Below are positions 11,125-19,732 of a DNA stretch of 26,727 nt, in pieces. Positions within the stretch are counted from its first letter, which is position 1, and the number at the start of each line of letters is the position of its first letter. The DNA is from an uncultured bacterium. Lineage in GTDB: Bacteria; Cyanobacteriota; Cyanobacteriia; Thermostichales; Thermostichaceae. Position numbers and translations under genes: made by a program. The stretch covers positions 1-26,727 of the forward strand of contig CAZONZ010000002.1 of NCBI GenBank assembly GCA_964581005.1, read 5' to 3'. The notes under the pieces were generated by a model. It searched no databases. It was not told the origin of the DNA and saw nothing but the letters and a program-made list of their open reading frames with translations.

Positions 11125-11280
11125 CGTTTCAACTCCTAGCTCAAACCCATTGGTTCAGCAATCGTGATCAGTAGATCCAATGATCCAAGGACACTCAGGA
11201 CTATCCCAGTTCCAACCCTTCGTCAGATCAACTAAACATCAGACAGACAATCAGAGGAAGATTAGATAGAAAAAACACAA

Positions 11281-11751
11281 CTATCCCTTCAACATCATCT
11301 GGGTCAGCATCACATAAGGACGGATCAGCTCACACTCCTCCGAGGTAAATACCAGCTGGAGAGAATCCAACATCATTCGGTAAGCAGGATTGCACTGATC
11401 CCGCATTTTGAATGATTTCAAGATCGTTTCCAACCAGTAGAGGAGTTTGTCACGCAAATAGTCCTCATCATTGAGTACCATGGCCAGAGCACAATAGCGC
11501 CAAGCCATAGCCAGATCACGACGACAGCGTTGCCACGCGGTGGGACCATGTTGGCGAGTTAAATTCGGTAGGGTGGGCTGAAACTTTTCCATCACCCGAT
11601 CCAGCAGTTCATTTTCCTTGGCTTGCAAGGTTTGATAAACCCGGATCCGACGTGGTAGATCATCAATATAGGACTGCAGGGTCTGCATTTCATCAGGCAG
11701 CAGATAACGTCCTTCCGATTCCCGCATGATATCAACAATCGCCGTATTCAT
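11281..11751 (-). CDS. Phycobiliprotein/globin-fold protein retaining a putative bilin-attachment Cys (Slr0149-like); start ATG 11751 behind GGAGG (ORF track 11826)
   Basis: N-terminal 'ESEGRYL..E...L..Y' matches the phycobiliprotein AD..GRYL pattern; RCRRDL matches the CxRD chromophore site; RY..LAM..ND follows. Confidence 0.8.
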   Translation of the reverse strand: MNTAIVDIMRESEGRYLLPDEMQTLQSYIDDLPRRIRVYQTLQAKENELLDRVMEKFQPTLPNLTRQHGPTAWQRCRRDLAMAWRYCALAMVLNDEDYLRDKLLYWLETILKSFKMRDQCNPAYRMMLDSLQLVFTSEECELIRPYVMLTQMMLKG

Positions 11752-11826
11752 TGAGCATTGCCTCCAACAAACTAAATGACCAAACCAGTGCTGAACTCGA
11801 TCCAGTTCGCCAACCAAAGTCAACAA

Positions 11827-12378
11827 TCAGGCAAACATTTCCATGAGAGTCAAAGGTTCTTCATGGATCTGAGCATCGGGAAGTTCAAGTGTCTCTTGTT
11901 GCTCATTAACCTGATCGGACATTGTTTCCAGCAACTCAGACTTAGCCATGATTTGGCTGATCAATGCTTCACGATAAGGTTGGATCAGTGCCTGGTGCTG
12001 AGGAGTCAAGGATTGCATCATCACAGCAAAAAGCTGATGAACTCCAGTGACCAAATCCAGATATTGATCCATAGATCCGAATAACACTTGTGATAGAACA
12101 GCCTGATCATCCATCAACAAACTTGTCCCAACAAGCCTCAGATATCTAGCTAACTGTTCCGCCAATAAACTGGCCGATCGACTTAAACTCTGAGTCAAGT
12201 CATAGCCGTTTTGCCGCAGAACGTGAGTGATCCATTCCATCTCATGCTGCATGATCATTTGATAGAGAGCGCGGCGGGATGAAAAGGACTCAGCATAGTG
12301 CAGCAACTCCTCCAAAGCCTCAGACTTTAGAAAGCTTCCTTCAATATCTGCAAGCTGTTCAGCCCAGGTAGTTTGCAT
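11827..12378 (-). CDS. Degenerate phycobiliprotein-fold protein without the bilin Cys (Slr0146-like)
   Basis: 'ADIEGSFL...LEELLHY' N-terminus and 'RYLRLVGTSLLMDD' helix; LARY replaces CxRD; acidic C-terminal tail. Confidence 0.6.
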   Translation of the reverse strand: MQTTWAEQLADIEGSFLKSEALEELLHYAESFSSRRALYQMIMQHEMEWITHVLRQNGYDLTQSLSRSASLLAEQLARYLRLVGTSLLMDDQAVLSQVLFGSMDQYLDLVTGVHQLFAVMMQSLTPQHQALIQPYREALISQIMAKSELLETMSDQVNEQQETLELPDAQIHEEPLTLMEMFA

Positions 12379-12490
12379 GATCAGATTCCTCCAAACAACT
12401 CAAGCAATCTTAAGGGAAACAAAGATCCTCAATTGGCCTCCCACTTACTGAATTGAGCTTAAGCCCACTAAACTCAATCAGCTGGTTCGA

Positions 12491-12802
12491 TCAAAACAAC
12501 TCTGAAAAATCAGAGAGTGAGAATGAAGACTCATAAGTCACTAAATCAGGATCATTCGGATCAGGATCAGCGATAATTGAGGGCACACTTGCTCCTATGG
12601 ATCCTGGTGATGGGCCTGTCCAAGACATATGATTGAAAAACTGTCCAACCGACCAGTTCAACAGCATCGACGCTAAGGAATGATCGGTAGGGGCCGAAAC
12701 ATTGAGCAGATCCAGCAAAGGCAAGTTATCCCAGTTCACCATCTGGATAAATCCTTTGACAGGCTGAGAAAGATTGAGCATGTGTTGATCGGTTTGTCTC
12801 AT
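12491..12802 (-). CDS. Small hypothetical protein in the Slr0145-like position; start ATG 12802 behind AGGAGG
   Basis: Strong Shine-Dalgarno; two related F..vNW / FF..msW motifs; lies inside a co-directional cluster. Confidence 0.65.
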   Translation of the reverse strand: MRQTDQHMLNLSQPVKGFIQMVNWDNLPLLDLLNVSAPTDHSLASMLLNWSVGQFFNHMSWTGPSPGSIGASVPSIIADPDPNDPDLVTYESSFSLSDFSELF

Positions 12803-12906
12803 GGAGATCACCTCCTGAAGTTAAAGACTCAAGGGATCAGTGCGAAGAGGTGCAGCATTATTCCTGAAGTGCAGGCCAAAAAGCTTCGGACACGGGTCGT
12901 CTTAAC

Positions 12907-13629
12907 TTACTTACGATGAGGCTGATCCCCCTGGTGCAAGCGACGCTCAATCTCTTTTGCACTTGCACCTTCATTGATCCAGAAATTGGCAGCATCGATC
13001 CGATCTTGTCCACCCAGCAGGAACTTGCAAAAGGTTTCTCCCATGGCATAACACTGCAACTCAATACATGCGAGATCTCGTTGCGTCATACTCGTGAAAA
13101 AACCAGCAAATAACCCAGCATAAAGATGGCATACAGGTTTCCCAACATCTCCTAGGGTTCGAGCCACCATTGAATCAAACACATTAATAAAGATGAAGCC
13201 TTTCTGCTTGGATTCCGTTTCAACCTCCCACTTGCCCCACCCCTGAGCCGTAAATGGCCACCACCAGGTTTCTAGCAAGAACAGCAGATTCGATCGTTTG
13301 GTACTGATCCCAAATTCCTGCTCATACCATTCCGAGAACACGATCGCATCATTCCTGCCCCAATCAACTCCAATGCTATACATCACCGCACCAGAAGCAT
13401 CTCCGACTTCCCGCTCCAAGCCCTTCTGCAAACCCACAACAAAATCTTCACTCATCAACAGATTCTGAGTGTCATTCCAGTCAATAATGATCCCTTGATC
13501 ATGATTAAACCGAAAGAAATCTTGATAACTGTAGTGGGAATGCTTCATCTTGCCTAAACCAATGGCAAGCTTAGGGCGATTCTCAGTTTTCTCAACCGAT
13601 TGAGTTGTCGTGATCGCATCAACAGCCAT
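12907..13629 (-). CDS. V4R domain protein, Slr0144-like
   Basis: ETWWWPFTAQGWGKW, GKPVCHLYAGLFAGFF and CIELQCYAMGETFCKF (Cys/His ligand set of V4R). Confidence 0.88.
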   Translation of the reverse strand: MAVDAITTTQSVEKTENRPKLAIGLGKMKHSHYSYQDFFRFNHDQGIIIDWNDTQNLLMSEDFVVGLQKGLEREVGDASGAVMYSIGVDWGRNDAIVFSEWYEQEFGISTKRSNLLFLLETWWWPFTAQGWGKWEVETESKQKGFIFINVFDSMVARTLGDVGKPVCHLYAGLFAGFFTSMTQRDLACIELQCYAMGETFCKFLLGGQDRIDAANFWINEGASAKEIERRLHQGDQPHRK

Positions 13630-13748
13630 ATCTTGAATTCCTCAGAAACTTCAATCTAAATTCAGGCAAACTTCAGAATATGAGATGGTGATTTTCCAGC
13701 TCACAGGCCAACATGGGTGATCAACATAGGATGAATCGATGGTGATCC

Positions 13749-14234
13749 TCAAGCACTGGACGTATTAGCCAGAGTATTGCCAATCAAGCTGAAATCTTCT
13801 TGCTCTAGCTGCTTAATCGTGGAGCGGGTAATGATCTTGCCCTCTTCAACCAAGACTCGTCCTGTGGCAGGGTGGAGAAGATCTTGTTCAGCGCGCCGAC
13901 CGATCAAGACTTCAATATCCTGGAGTGAATTGACATACATCCCTGGAGGGAGCTCAACAACCACTCCCTCTCCTACAACTCTGGCTTGACAAGCCAAGCG
14001 AGAATTTGCTTTGGCGCTGGTGATCACCTCCAAAGTGCGAGATTCACGGGGTGTCATGGAACTCAGTTGGTCCATGCCTTCTAACACATAGAGATGGCAA
14101 GTAGCACAGATTCCTCGTCCATTGCACTCACGAGCAACTTGGAGATCCTCTGATAAGATCACGGAAAGCAAATTGTCGTAAGTGTCAACTTCTGAAACCT
14201 TGGAAAGAGGTTCCAGCCTGATCTGTTTGACCAT
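13749..14234 (-). CDS. 2Fe-2S ferredoxin with C-terminal extension (Slr0148/Fd5-like)
   Basis: C37-x5-C43-x2-C46 plus RLAC(82)Q; C-terminal 'LIGRRAEQDLLHP..G.VLVEEGKIITRS' extension. Confidence 0.9.
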   Translation of the reverse strand: MVKQIRLEPLSKVSEVDTYDNLLSVILSEDLQVARECNGRGICATCHLYVLEGMDQLSSMTPRESRTLEVITSAKANSRLACQARVVGEGVVVELPPGMYVNSLQDIEVLIGRRAEQDLLHPATGRVLVEEGKIITRSTIKQLEQEDFSLIGNTLANTSSA

Positions 14235-14415
14235 AGATTAAACCTGCAAAGGACTCAACAAGACGGTTAGCCTGACAACAGCTAAATCACAGCTCATTCC
14301 ACTCACGAGTAGAGATCTGCCACCGGGATCTCTAGTCGATATCAAGACCAGAGCTAATCAGGGCAAATCGCGCTTGATCGCAATAACCTCATTGTTGTAT
14401 TCGATCACATCATTG

Positions 14416-14444
14416 AGCATAGAACTGATACAAACCTTAACGAA
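14416..14444 (-). promoter_or_regulatory. Candidate promoter for the ferredoxin-V4R cluster
   Basis: Minus strand TTCGTT (14444-14439), 17-bp spacer, TATGCT (14421-14416), just downstream of the palindromes. Confidence 0.3.
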
Positions 14445-14452
14445 TAATACCT

Positions 14453-14496
14453 CCGTAGAAATACGGCAGAGCCACTAAGCCTCCATAAATATACGG
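14453..14496. promoter_or_regulatory. Twin palindromic operator-like sites CCGTA-N4-TACGG
   Basis: Perfect CCGTA-GAAA-TACGG at 14453-14466 and CCATA-AATA-TACGG at 14483-14496; both are preceded by CT and lie exactly 30 bp apart in the divergent intergenic region. Confidence 0.6.
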
Positions 14497-14789
14497 GCTT
14501 TAGGCAAAGAGTTCTGGGAATAGTCTGGTTGAATGTAAATATTTATGAGAGATTTGCTGCACAAGGAACCCGTTCGCGTTACACCAGGATCAAAGTAGCA
14601 TTTTTAGCTTTCGCCCCAGTCCTCTGTGCTGATTGCATAGCCCAATTGAGGAGATGTTTAGAGCGGCTGTGCTGTGATGGAGACTGTCTGAGACGAAGAG
14701 CTCAAATAGCTTTTCGTCGTGCATATTGAATCCTGATCCCTGGGGAGATAAGACCCAGATCTCCCACCCAATGACTTATCACTAGGAGT

Positions 14790-15344
14790 TTGACCATGAT
14801 CTGTTTCCAGCAAGCTGAGATCCCCGTGCTTCGCTACCAGCGCAATGCAGATCCAGAAACCCTGCAAAACCTGCTACGGGCTGCACATCAACAGATCCTG
14901 GAGCGTCAACCGTATGCTCACGAAAAACAAGGGGAATTGATGCGTTTGGAGCGAGATTTTCTGCGGAAGAAGGTTGGGATGATGCGCTTGGTTCGCCAGA
15001 TCGGGCAATCTGAGCTTTATCAGAAATTGTTTTTTCAGCATGGTTGCAACACTCGCTGCATTGAAGAAGGGTTCAAGCACTTTTTAGGTCGAGCTCCTGT
15101 ATCGAAGGAAGAAGTGATCACCTATCATGACATTTTGGTTGAGCGGGGATTTAAGGCTATGATCAACACCTGGATCGATTCTGAAGAATATCATGATGCG
15201 TTTGGGCAAGATATTTTACCTCACCCACGTCCTCAGATGGCCACCCACACTCCAGCAGCGTATTTATTGTCTGAGCGGGTTACGCGGGCACATCATTTGG
15301 CCTTGCAAAACTCCGATCACGTTCTCAGCCTTGCTGTCTTGTAA
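14790..15344 (+). CDS. Stand-alone phycobilisome linker-domain protein (CpcG/ApcE REP-type domain)
   Basis: LRAAHQQILERQP, LE..F, SELYQKLFF, IEEGFKHFLGRAP, G..AMI..WIDSEEYHDAFGQDILP: the linker polypeptide domain pattern. Confidence 0.85.
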   Translation: MTMICFQQAEIPVLRYQRNADPETLQNLLRAAHQQILERQPYAHEKQGELMRLERDFLRKKVGMMRLVRQIGQSELYQKLFFQHGCNTRCIEEGFKHFLGRAPVSKEEVITYHDILVERGFKAMINTWIDSEEYHDAFGQDILPHPRPQMATHTPAAYLLSERVTRAHHLALQNSDHVLSLAVL

Positions 15345-15814
15345 TCTCTAGGCCACAGCTAGCCAAGCTCTGATCGATGCTCTGGCTCGAAACATGGATC
15401 ACAAGATCCTGATCGGGTCAGAGCTCACAAAAAGTTAACTTACTTCTACTCTTCACTAACGCGGATTGGCTTAAAATGATACCCCTGATGCCTCAGTCTC
15501 TCTGAATGTCTCTCGATCTCATAAAACTCTCCTGAATCAAAACGAAATTTATCACCAACACGCGATGAATACTTGCCAGGAATAGTTAGAGCGATAATAG
15601 CAAATTGGAGGTGTTAAACCACGATCAGTAAGCTCATCTTTGATTCCCCTCTCTAATGCCTTGGTGTATTCTGTTTGGCGAGTTGCTACGCCGTGAATAA
15701 AAAACAGCAACATAGCTCGAATTTCAGACTTTGTACCTGAGCTTAGTATACAATACCCTATATCGAAACACCTTAAGGTTCTGGACCCATGGCAGTATCG
15801 GAGTTGATAGATCG

Positions 15815-16510
15815 ATGAGCTCTGAACCGATCCAAGTGCTCTTAGTGGATGATCAAGGCTTGATTCGGCAGGGCTTGAAGGCGTTGTTGGAGCTCAATGC
15901 TGATCTTCAGATTGTGGGTGAAGCTGAAAATGGTGAAACGGCACTGCAGCGGGTTGAATCCTTGCAGCCTGATGTGGTGCTGATGGATATTCGGATGCCG
16001 GTGATGGATGGAGTTGCTGCCACCCGTGCGATCATATCCCGCTTTCCTCAGGTTAAAGTTTTGGTGTTGACGACGTTCGATGATCAAGACTACGTGACGG
16101 AAGCCTTGAAGGTTGGAGCTCAAGGATACTTGTTAAAAGATACGCCGTCGGAAGAGTTGGCTCAAGCGATCCGATTGATTCACAAGGGCTATAGCCAATT
16201 TGGACCAGGGATCATGCAAAAGATCGTGGCAGGAGTAGCTCAACCGGAGGCCAACCCCCCTGTAGAACTGCCACCCGGATTTTCAGAACTGACCATTCGA
16301 GAACGAGAGGTTTTGCAATTGATCGCTACCGGCGCAAGTAATCGAGAGATCGCCCAGAAGCTCTACATCTCAGAAGGTACCGTTAAAAATCACGTCACCA
16401 ATATCTTGAATCGATTGAATTTACGCGATCGAACCCAAGCTGCGATCCTGGCAAACTCCCTCAGCAGCCAGATCCCTGGACTGCTTGATGGCCCAGCCAA
16501 TACTCCTTAA
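15815..16510 (+). CDS. NarL/FixJ-family DNA-binding response regulator (REC plus LuxR HTH); start ATG 15815 (ORF track 15731)
   Basis: VLLVDD, DVVLMDIRMP phospho-Asp, LTTFDD, YLLKD; HTH LTIREREVLQLIATGASNREIAQKLYISEGTVKNHV. Confidence 0.95.
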   Translation: MSSEPIQVLLVDDQGLIRQGLKALLELNADLQIVGEAENGETALQRVESLQPDVVLMDIRMPVMDGVAATRAIISRFPQVKVLVLTTFDDQDYVTEALKVGAQGYLLKDTPSEELAQAIRLIHKGYSQFGPGIMQKIVAGVAQPEANPPVELPPGFSELTIREREVLQLIATGASNREIAQKLYISEGTVKNHVTNILNRLNLRDRTQAAILANSLSSQIPGLLDGPANTP

Positions 16511-16566
16511 TATCTAAAACATTTTATAACATCTAAATCGTTTAAGGTGAATGAGATATGTTAGAC

Positions 16567-17904
16567 TCATAGGCTAACCAACTTGTTTTCCCTGTTAGTT
16601 TCGTAGTAGCTACGCTTCTCCCAAAGGAGCAACTGTGTCTCCTTGGGAGGCTTGTTAGGGTAGGACTGTTTCAACTTGCGCTTGGATACTGCAGTATCTC
16701 CGAATGTTGCAGATGTGCAATACTCGAATAGATCTTTTTTACTGTTCCGCTTCCGAATGATCCGCGATTCCACGTTCTTGAATCCGTGAACCCTGAGCGA
16801 TTCCTCGTAAAGCGTTGGTGTATCAACCAGGATGCCGTAAAAGGTGCTGTTCCCAATAATGTAGTAAACCTCAGCTCCAGGGTTAAGAATGTTTCGGATC
16901 ATTTCAATGTGTCGATCTATATCGTAAAAATACTTCTTCACATAAAGGGACAGTAGCTCACCGTTCTTGCCGTCAGATGCAGCAATCTCACTTACCGTCT
17001 GAGTAAGGGAGGGTATAGAACAATCGTGGGTCGGCTCCCAAGTGGTAAGGCGACTCGTGGCAATGCCCCATGTCCCACCAATCGCTTGCCAGTCCAATTC
17101 GCCAGCTTCTCGCGCCTCAGTCAAAAATCCGAGCCAGAACATATAGGGCCTCAACTCACGAATGTAGCTGATCCGGTTGGGGTAAGGAGGAGAAGTGACA
17201 ATCGCATCAAACTTGCCCCCGCTCTCGAATGGCTCTGAGCTATCGTGAAGAATAACTTCAGCTTGAGCGGATAGATGTCTGGATGCATCGGCAATAAATA
17301 TCTGCGCGAAGCTCTTAAAAGACAGAATGATCTCATTCAAAGAATAGGCTTTCGTATCGTTGTGGAAGGAGACAGAAACGTGATTGAACGCTGCTGCAGA
17401 ATACTCGATAGCAGTCCGAGCGAAGGCGATCCAGAGCAGGGCAAACAAGCCTGACTCAAGAGGTACTCCAACCTCCTCAAGAAGAGCTGATCGAAGTCTA
17501 GCTAGGCCATCTAAGGTGTCTTTGCTCCACCATCGCTCAATATTCTTGAGTGGCGGCACCCACAAGTTGGTATTTGCCAGGGAAACTGCACTATTACTTA
17601 CCCGCACAACAGCAGAACGGAGGGAGGCTGCTTCGTCCTCAGTAAGGTTCGTGAGCTTCGCATTGCCTAACCACACTAAAAACGGATTAATGTCGAAAAG
17701 AATGCTGGAGTAACCAAACTCCGCAGCGGCAACTCCGGTTGTAGCCGTCCCTGAAAAAGGATCAAGAATGCGGCAACCTGTGGGTAAATCTTCGATGATT
17801 TCACGGGCAAGCTTAACGGAATAAGCTGGTGTAAGACGTAGCCAACCGTGCCGCCCTAATGATCGGTTGTGCTTAAATGTGTAATCTGATCGCTGGGTAA
17901 TCAT
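16567..17904 (-). CDS. Amino-DNA methyltransferase, probably N4-cytosine, alpha-class motif order
   Basis: Motif I (ILDPFSGTATT) near the N-terminus, long insert, then motif IV (VTSPPY); later IIGNS motif; ATGA overlap with the upstream gene. Confidence 0.88.
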   Translation of the reverse strand: MITQRSDYTFKHNRSLGRHGWLRLTPAYSVKLAREIIEDLPTGCRILDPFSGTATTGVAAAEFGYSSILFDINPFLVWLGNAKLTNLTEDEAASLRSAVVRVSNSAVSLANTNLWVPPLKNIERWWSKDTLDGLARLRSALLEEVGVPLESGLFALLWIAFARTAIEYSAAAFNHVSVSFHNDTKAYSLNEIILSFKSFAQIFIADASRHLSAQAEVILHDSSEPFESGGKFDAIVTSPPYPNRISYIRELRPYMFWLGFLTEAREAGELDWQAIGGTWGIATSRLTTWEPTHDCSIPSLTQTVSEIAASDGKNGELLSLYVKKYFYDIDRHIEMIRNILNPGAEVYYIIGNSTFYGILVDTPTLYEESLRVHGFKNVESRIIRKRNSKKDLFEYCTSATFGDTAVSKRKLKQSYPNKPPKETQLLLWEKRSYYETNRENKLVSL

Positions 17905-18695
17905 TGGGGTCGTAGTAAAGTCTCCAAAATAGCTTCGATCTCACTTCGAATGGCGACGCTGTTCATTTCAAAGAATCTGGCAAGATCGTAGCCAATAATT
18001 GCATCCATGAAATCGTAAAGCGAAGCCAAAGGACCGGAACCTTGAACGCCAGTAAGAATGCCGCAGCGACTGTTGCGATAGCGGAGCACGATGTCGGTGT
18101 CGATCTGGCTGGAGAATACTGCAAACACTGGGAGGTAGCCGTGAGACCATGCGACAGCAGCATTGTCAATATCGGCATTCTGCCGCTTAGAATCCTTGCT
18201 CTTATAGCCCTGTCTCACCTCAAAAACTGCGCCAGCACTTGGGGTTCTTGGAATCTCAAGTTGTTCGCAATAATCCGCAAGCCACTTCTCTACACGCCCA
18301 CGCACAACGGAATTTTCAATGTCTGCCAAACCGATCCGTCCATCGAGTGAAAGCGTCTTCAACTTTCCAGACGGGGTTGTTGCCGTGTAGGACCAAGTGG
18401 CCAAATCACGATCAGAATATCCTATGGAATCAAAAAGCACTTCGCGGAAGATTCTCTCGCATCCGATCCCAATTTGTCGGTAAACCGAGGTCATTCCTCC
18501 CGCTGCCTTGTGTGCTGCATACATGAGGTCTGAGTCAAGACCAATCCACGAATAGAAAGGGTCGCTTCCGTAAAGACTCTTGAAGCCCACCAGATCCAAT
18601 CCTGTTTCACGGGTTGAAGTTCCGAATTTTGGGGTATAATCGGCGCACTTCCGTATTGGGTCGAGGAAGATGTTGAGGTACTTGGATTCAGACAT
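17901..18695 (-). CDS. Putative type II restriction endonuclease (PD-(D/E)xK-like)
   Basis: 264 aa coupled to an MTase; candidate catalytic elements GCE, SLDG and FEVR. Family not recognised with certainty. Confidence 0.68.
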   Translation of the reverse strand: MSESKYLNIFLDPIRKCADYTPKFGTSTRETGLDLVGFKSLYGSDPFYSWIGLDSDLMYAAHKAAGGMTSVYRQIGIGCERIFREVLFDSIGYSDRDLATWSYTATTPSGKLKTLSLDGRIGLADIENSVVRGRVEKWLADYCEQLEIPRTPSAGAVFEVRQGYKSKDSKRQNADIDNAAVAWSHGYLPVFAVFSSQIDTDIVLRYRNSRCGILTGVQGSGPLASLYDFMDAIIGYDLARFFEMNSVAIRSEIEAILETLLRPQ

Positions 18696-18730
18696 TCAGA
18701 AGGGTGGGCGATGGAGATTGGATCCTAACG

Positions 18731-18955
18731 CTATTTCTTACGGAGACGATAGGTGATCCGGCCTTTGGTCAGATCGTAAGGAGTCAACTCGACCTTGACT
18801 CGATCCCCAGGCAGAATCTTAATGTAGTTACGACGGATCTTGCCGGAAATGTGGGCTAAGACGTTGAAGCCATTGTCGAGATCGACGCGGAACATGGCAT
18901 TCGGGAGGGACTCGGTCACCGTCCCCTCCATCTCGATCGAATCTTGCTTGGACAA
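18731..18955 (-). CDS. infA: Translation initiation factor IF-1
   Basis: [23 protein letters not shown]...[35 protein letters not shown]. Confidence 0.99.
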   Translation of the reverse strand: MSKQDSIEMEGTVTESLPNAMFRVDLDNGFNVLAHISGKIRRNYIKILPGDRVKVELTPYDLTKGRITYRLRKK

Positions 18956-19162
18956 ACAGAACCTCCTGAGAACGATACTGTCAACGGATCCATGACGACC
19001 TAAGTTCAGATCCCGCTTCCTATCTCCTGCAAGAGCACAGCACGATGAAGGGATCGAACCTGCAGCTGGAATGGGGAAAGCGGGTCAAGCCTTAAACCGC
19101 TACTATATTAACTCTGTGAGCGAATCAAGCCGATCGAGTCGCAGGAATTGAACTCAAGAAAC

Positions 19163-19732
19163 TCAGGACTCGTGGTGGTTCGAGTTTGAGTTCACTAAAG
19201 ACATGAGGTTGTCATACACTTCATCGACGGGACGATTGCCATCGATCTGAGAGAAGCACTGCTTGGCTGCGTAGAAATCGATTACCGGCTTAGTCTGGTT
19301 GCGGTAAACCTCCAAACGATGCCGGATCACAGACTCCTTATCATCCGCCCGCCCTCGATTTAGCAACCGATCCACCAAGATATCGTCCGGGACATGCAGA
19401 TCGATTACATGATCATAGGATTGGTCCAATTCGGGCAAGAGGTGATCAAGGGCCTCCGCTTGCGCCAAGGTCCGAGGAAAGCCATCTAAGATCCATCCGT
19501 CCGATGCAGAAAGCAACTGACCCCGAACCATCTCAATCAGCACTTGATCAGGCACCAGATCGCCAGCATCCATATAGGATTTGGCTTGCAACCCCAGAGG
19601 TGTTTCGGCGCTAACTTCGGCCCGGAGCATATCACCTGTCGAGATCTTGCGAATCTGCAGATCGTCGGCTAGCTTCTGGGCTTGAGTTCCTTTGCCCGCT
19701 CCGGGGGGGCCTAAAAAAATCACACGTGACAC
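19163..19732 (-). CDS. adk: Adenylate kinase (short-LID type), GTG start overlapping the secY stop
   Basis: P-loop [33 protein letters not shown]. Confidence 0.98.
   Translation of the reverse strand: MSRVIFLGPPGAGKGTQAQKLADDLQIRKISTGDMLRAEVSAETPLGLQAKSYMDAGDLVPDQVLIEMVRGQLLSASDGWILDGFPRTLAQAEALDHLLPELDQSYDHVIDLHVPDDILVDRLLNRGRADDKESVIRHRLEVYRNQTKPVIDFYAAKQCFSQIDGNRPVDEVYDNLMSLVNSNSNHHES

Noticed and set aside
14310-14334. Perfect 8-bp hairpin TAGAGATC-N9-GATCTCTA upstream of the ferredoxin
   Set aside because: No U-tract, and half of the stem is the ubiquitous self-complementary GATC, so chance occurrence is likely in this genome
16511-18730. Target-site duplications or terminal inverted repeats around the R-M pair (and around 24152-24874)
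   Set aside because: Compared the flanking spacers by eye and found no convincing shared direct or inverted repeat and no mobility gene, so neither is called a mobile element
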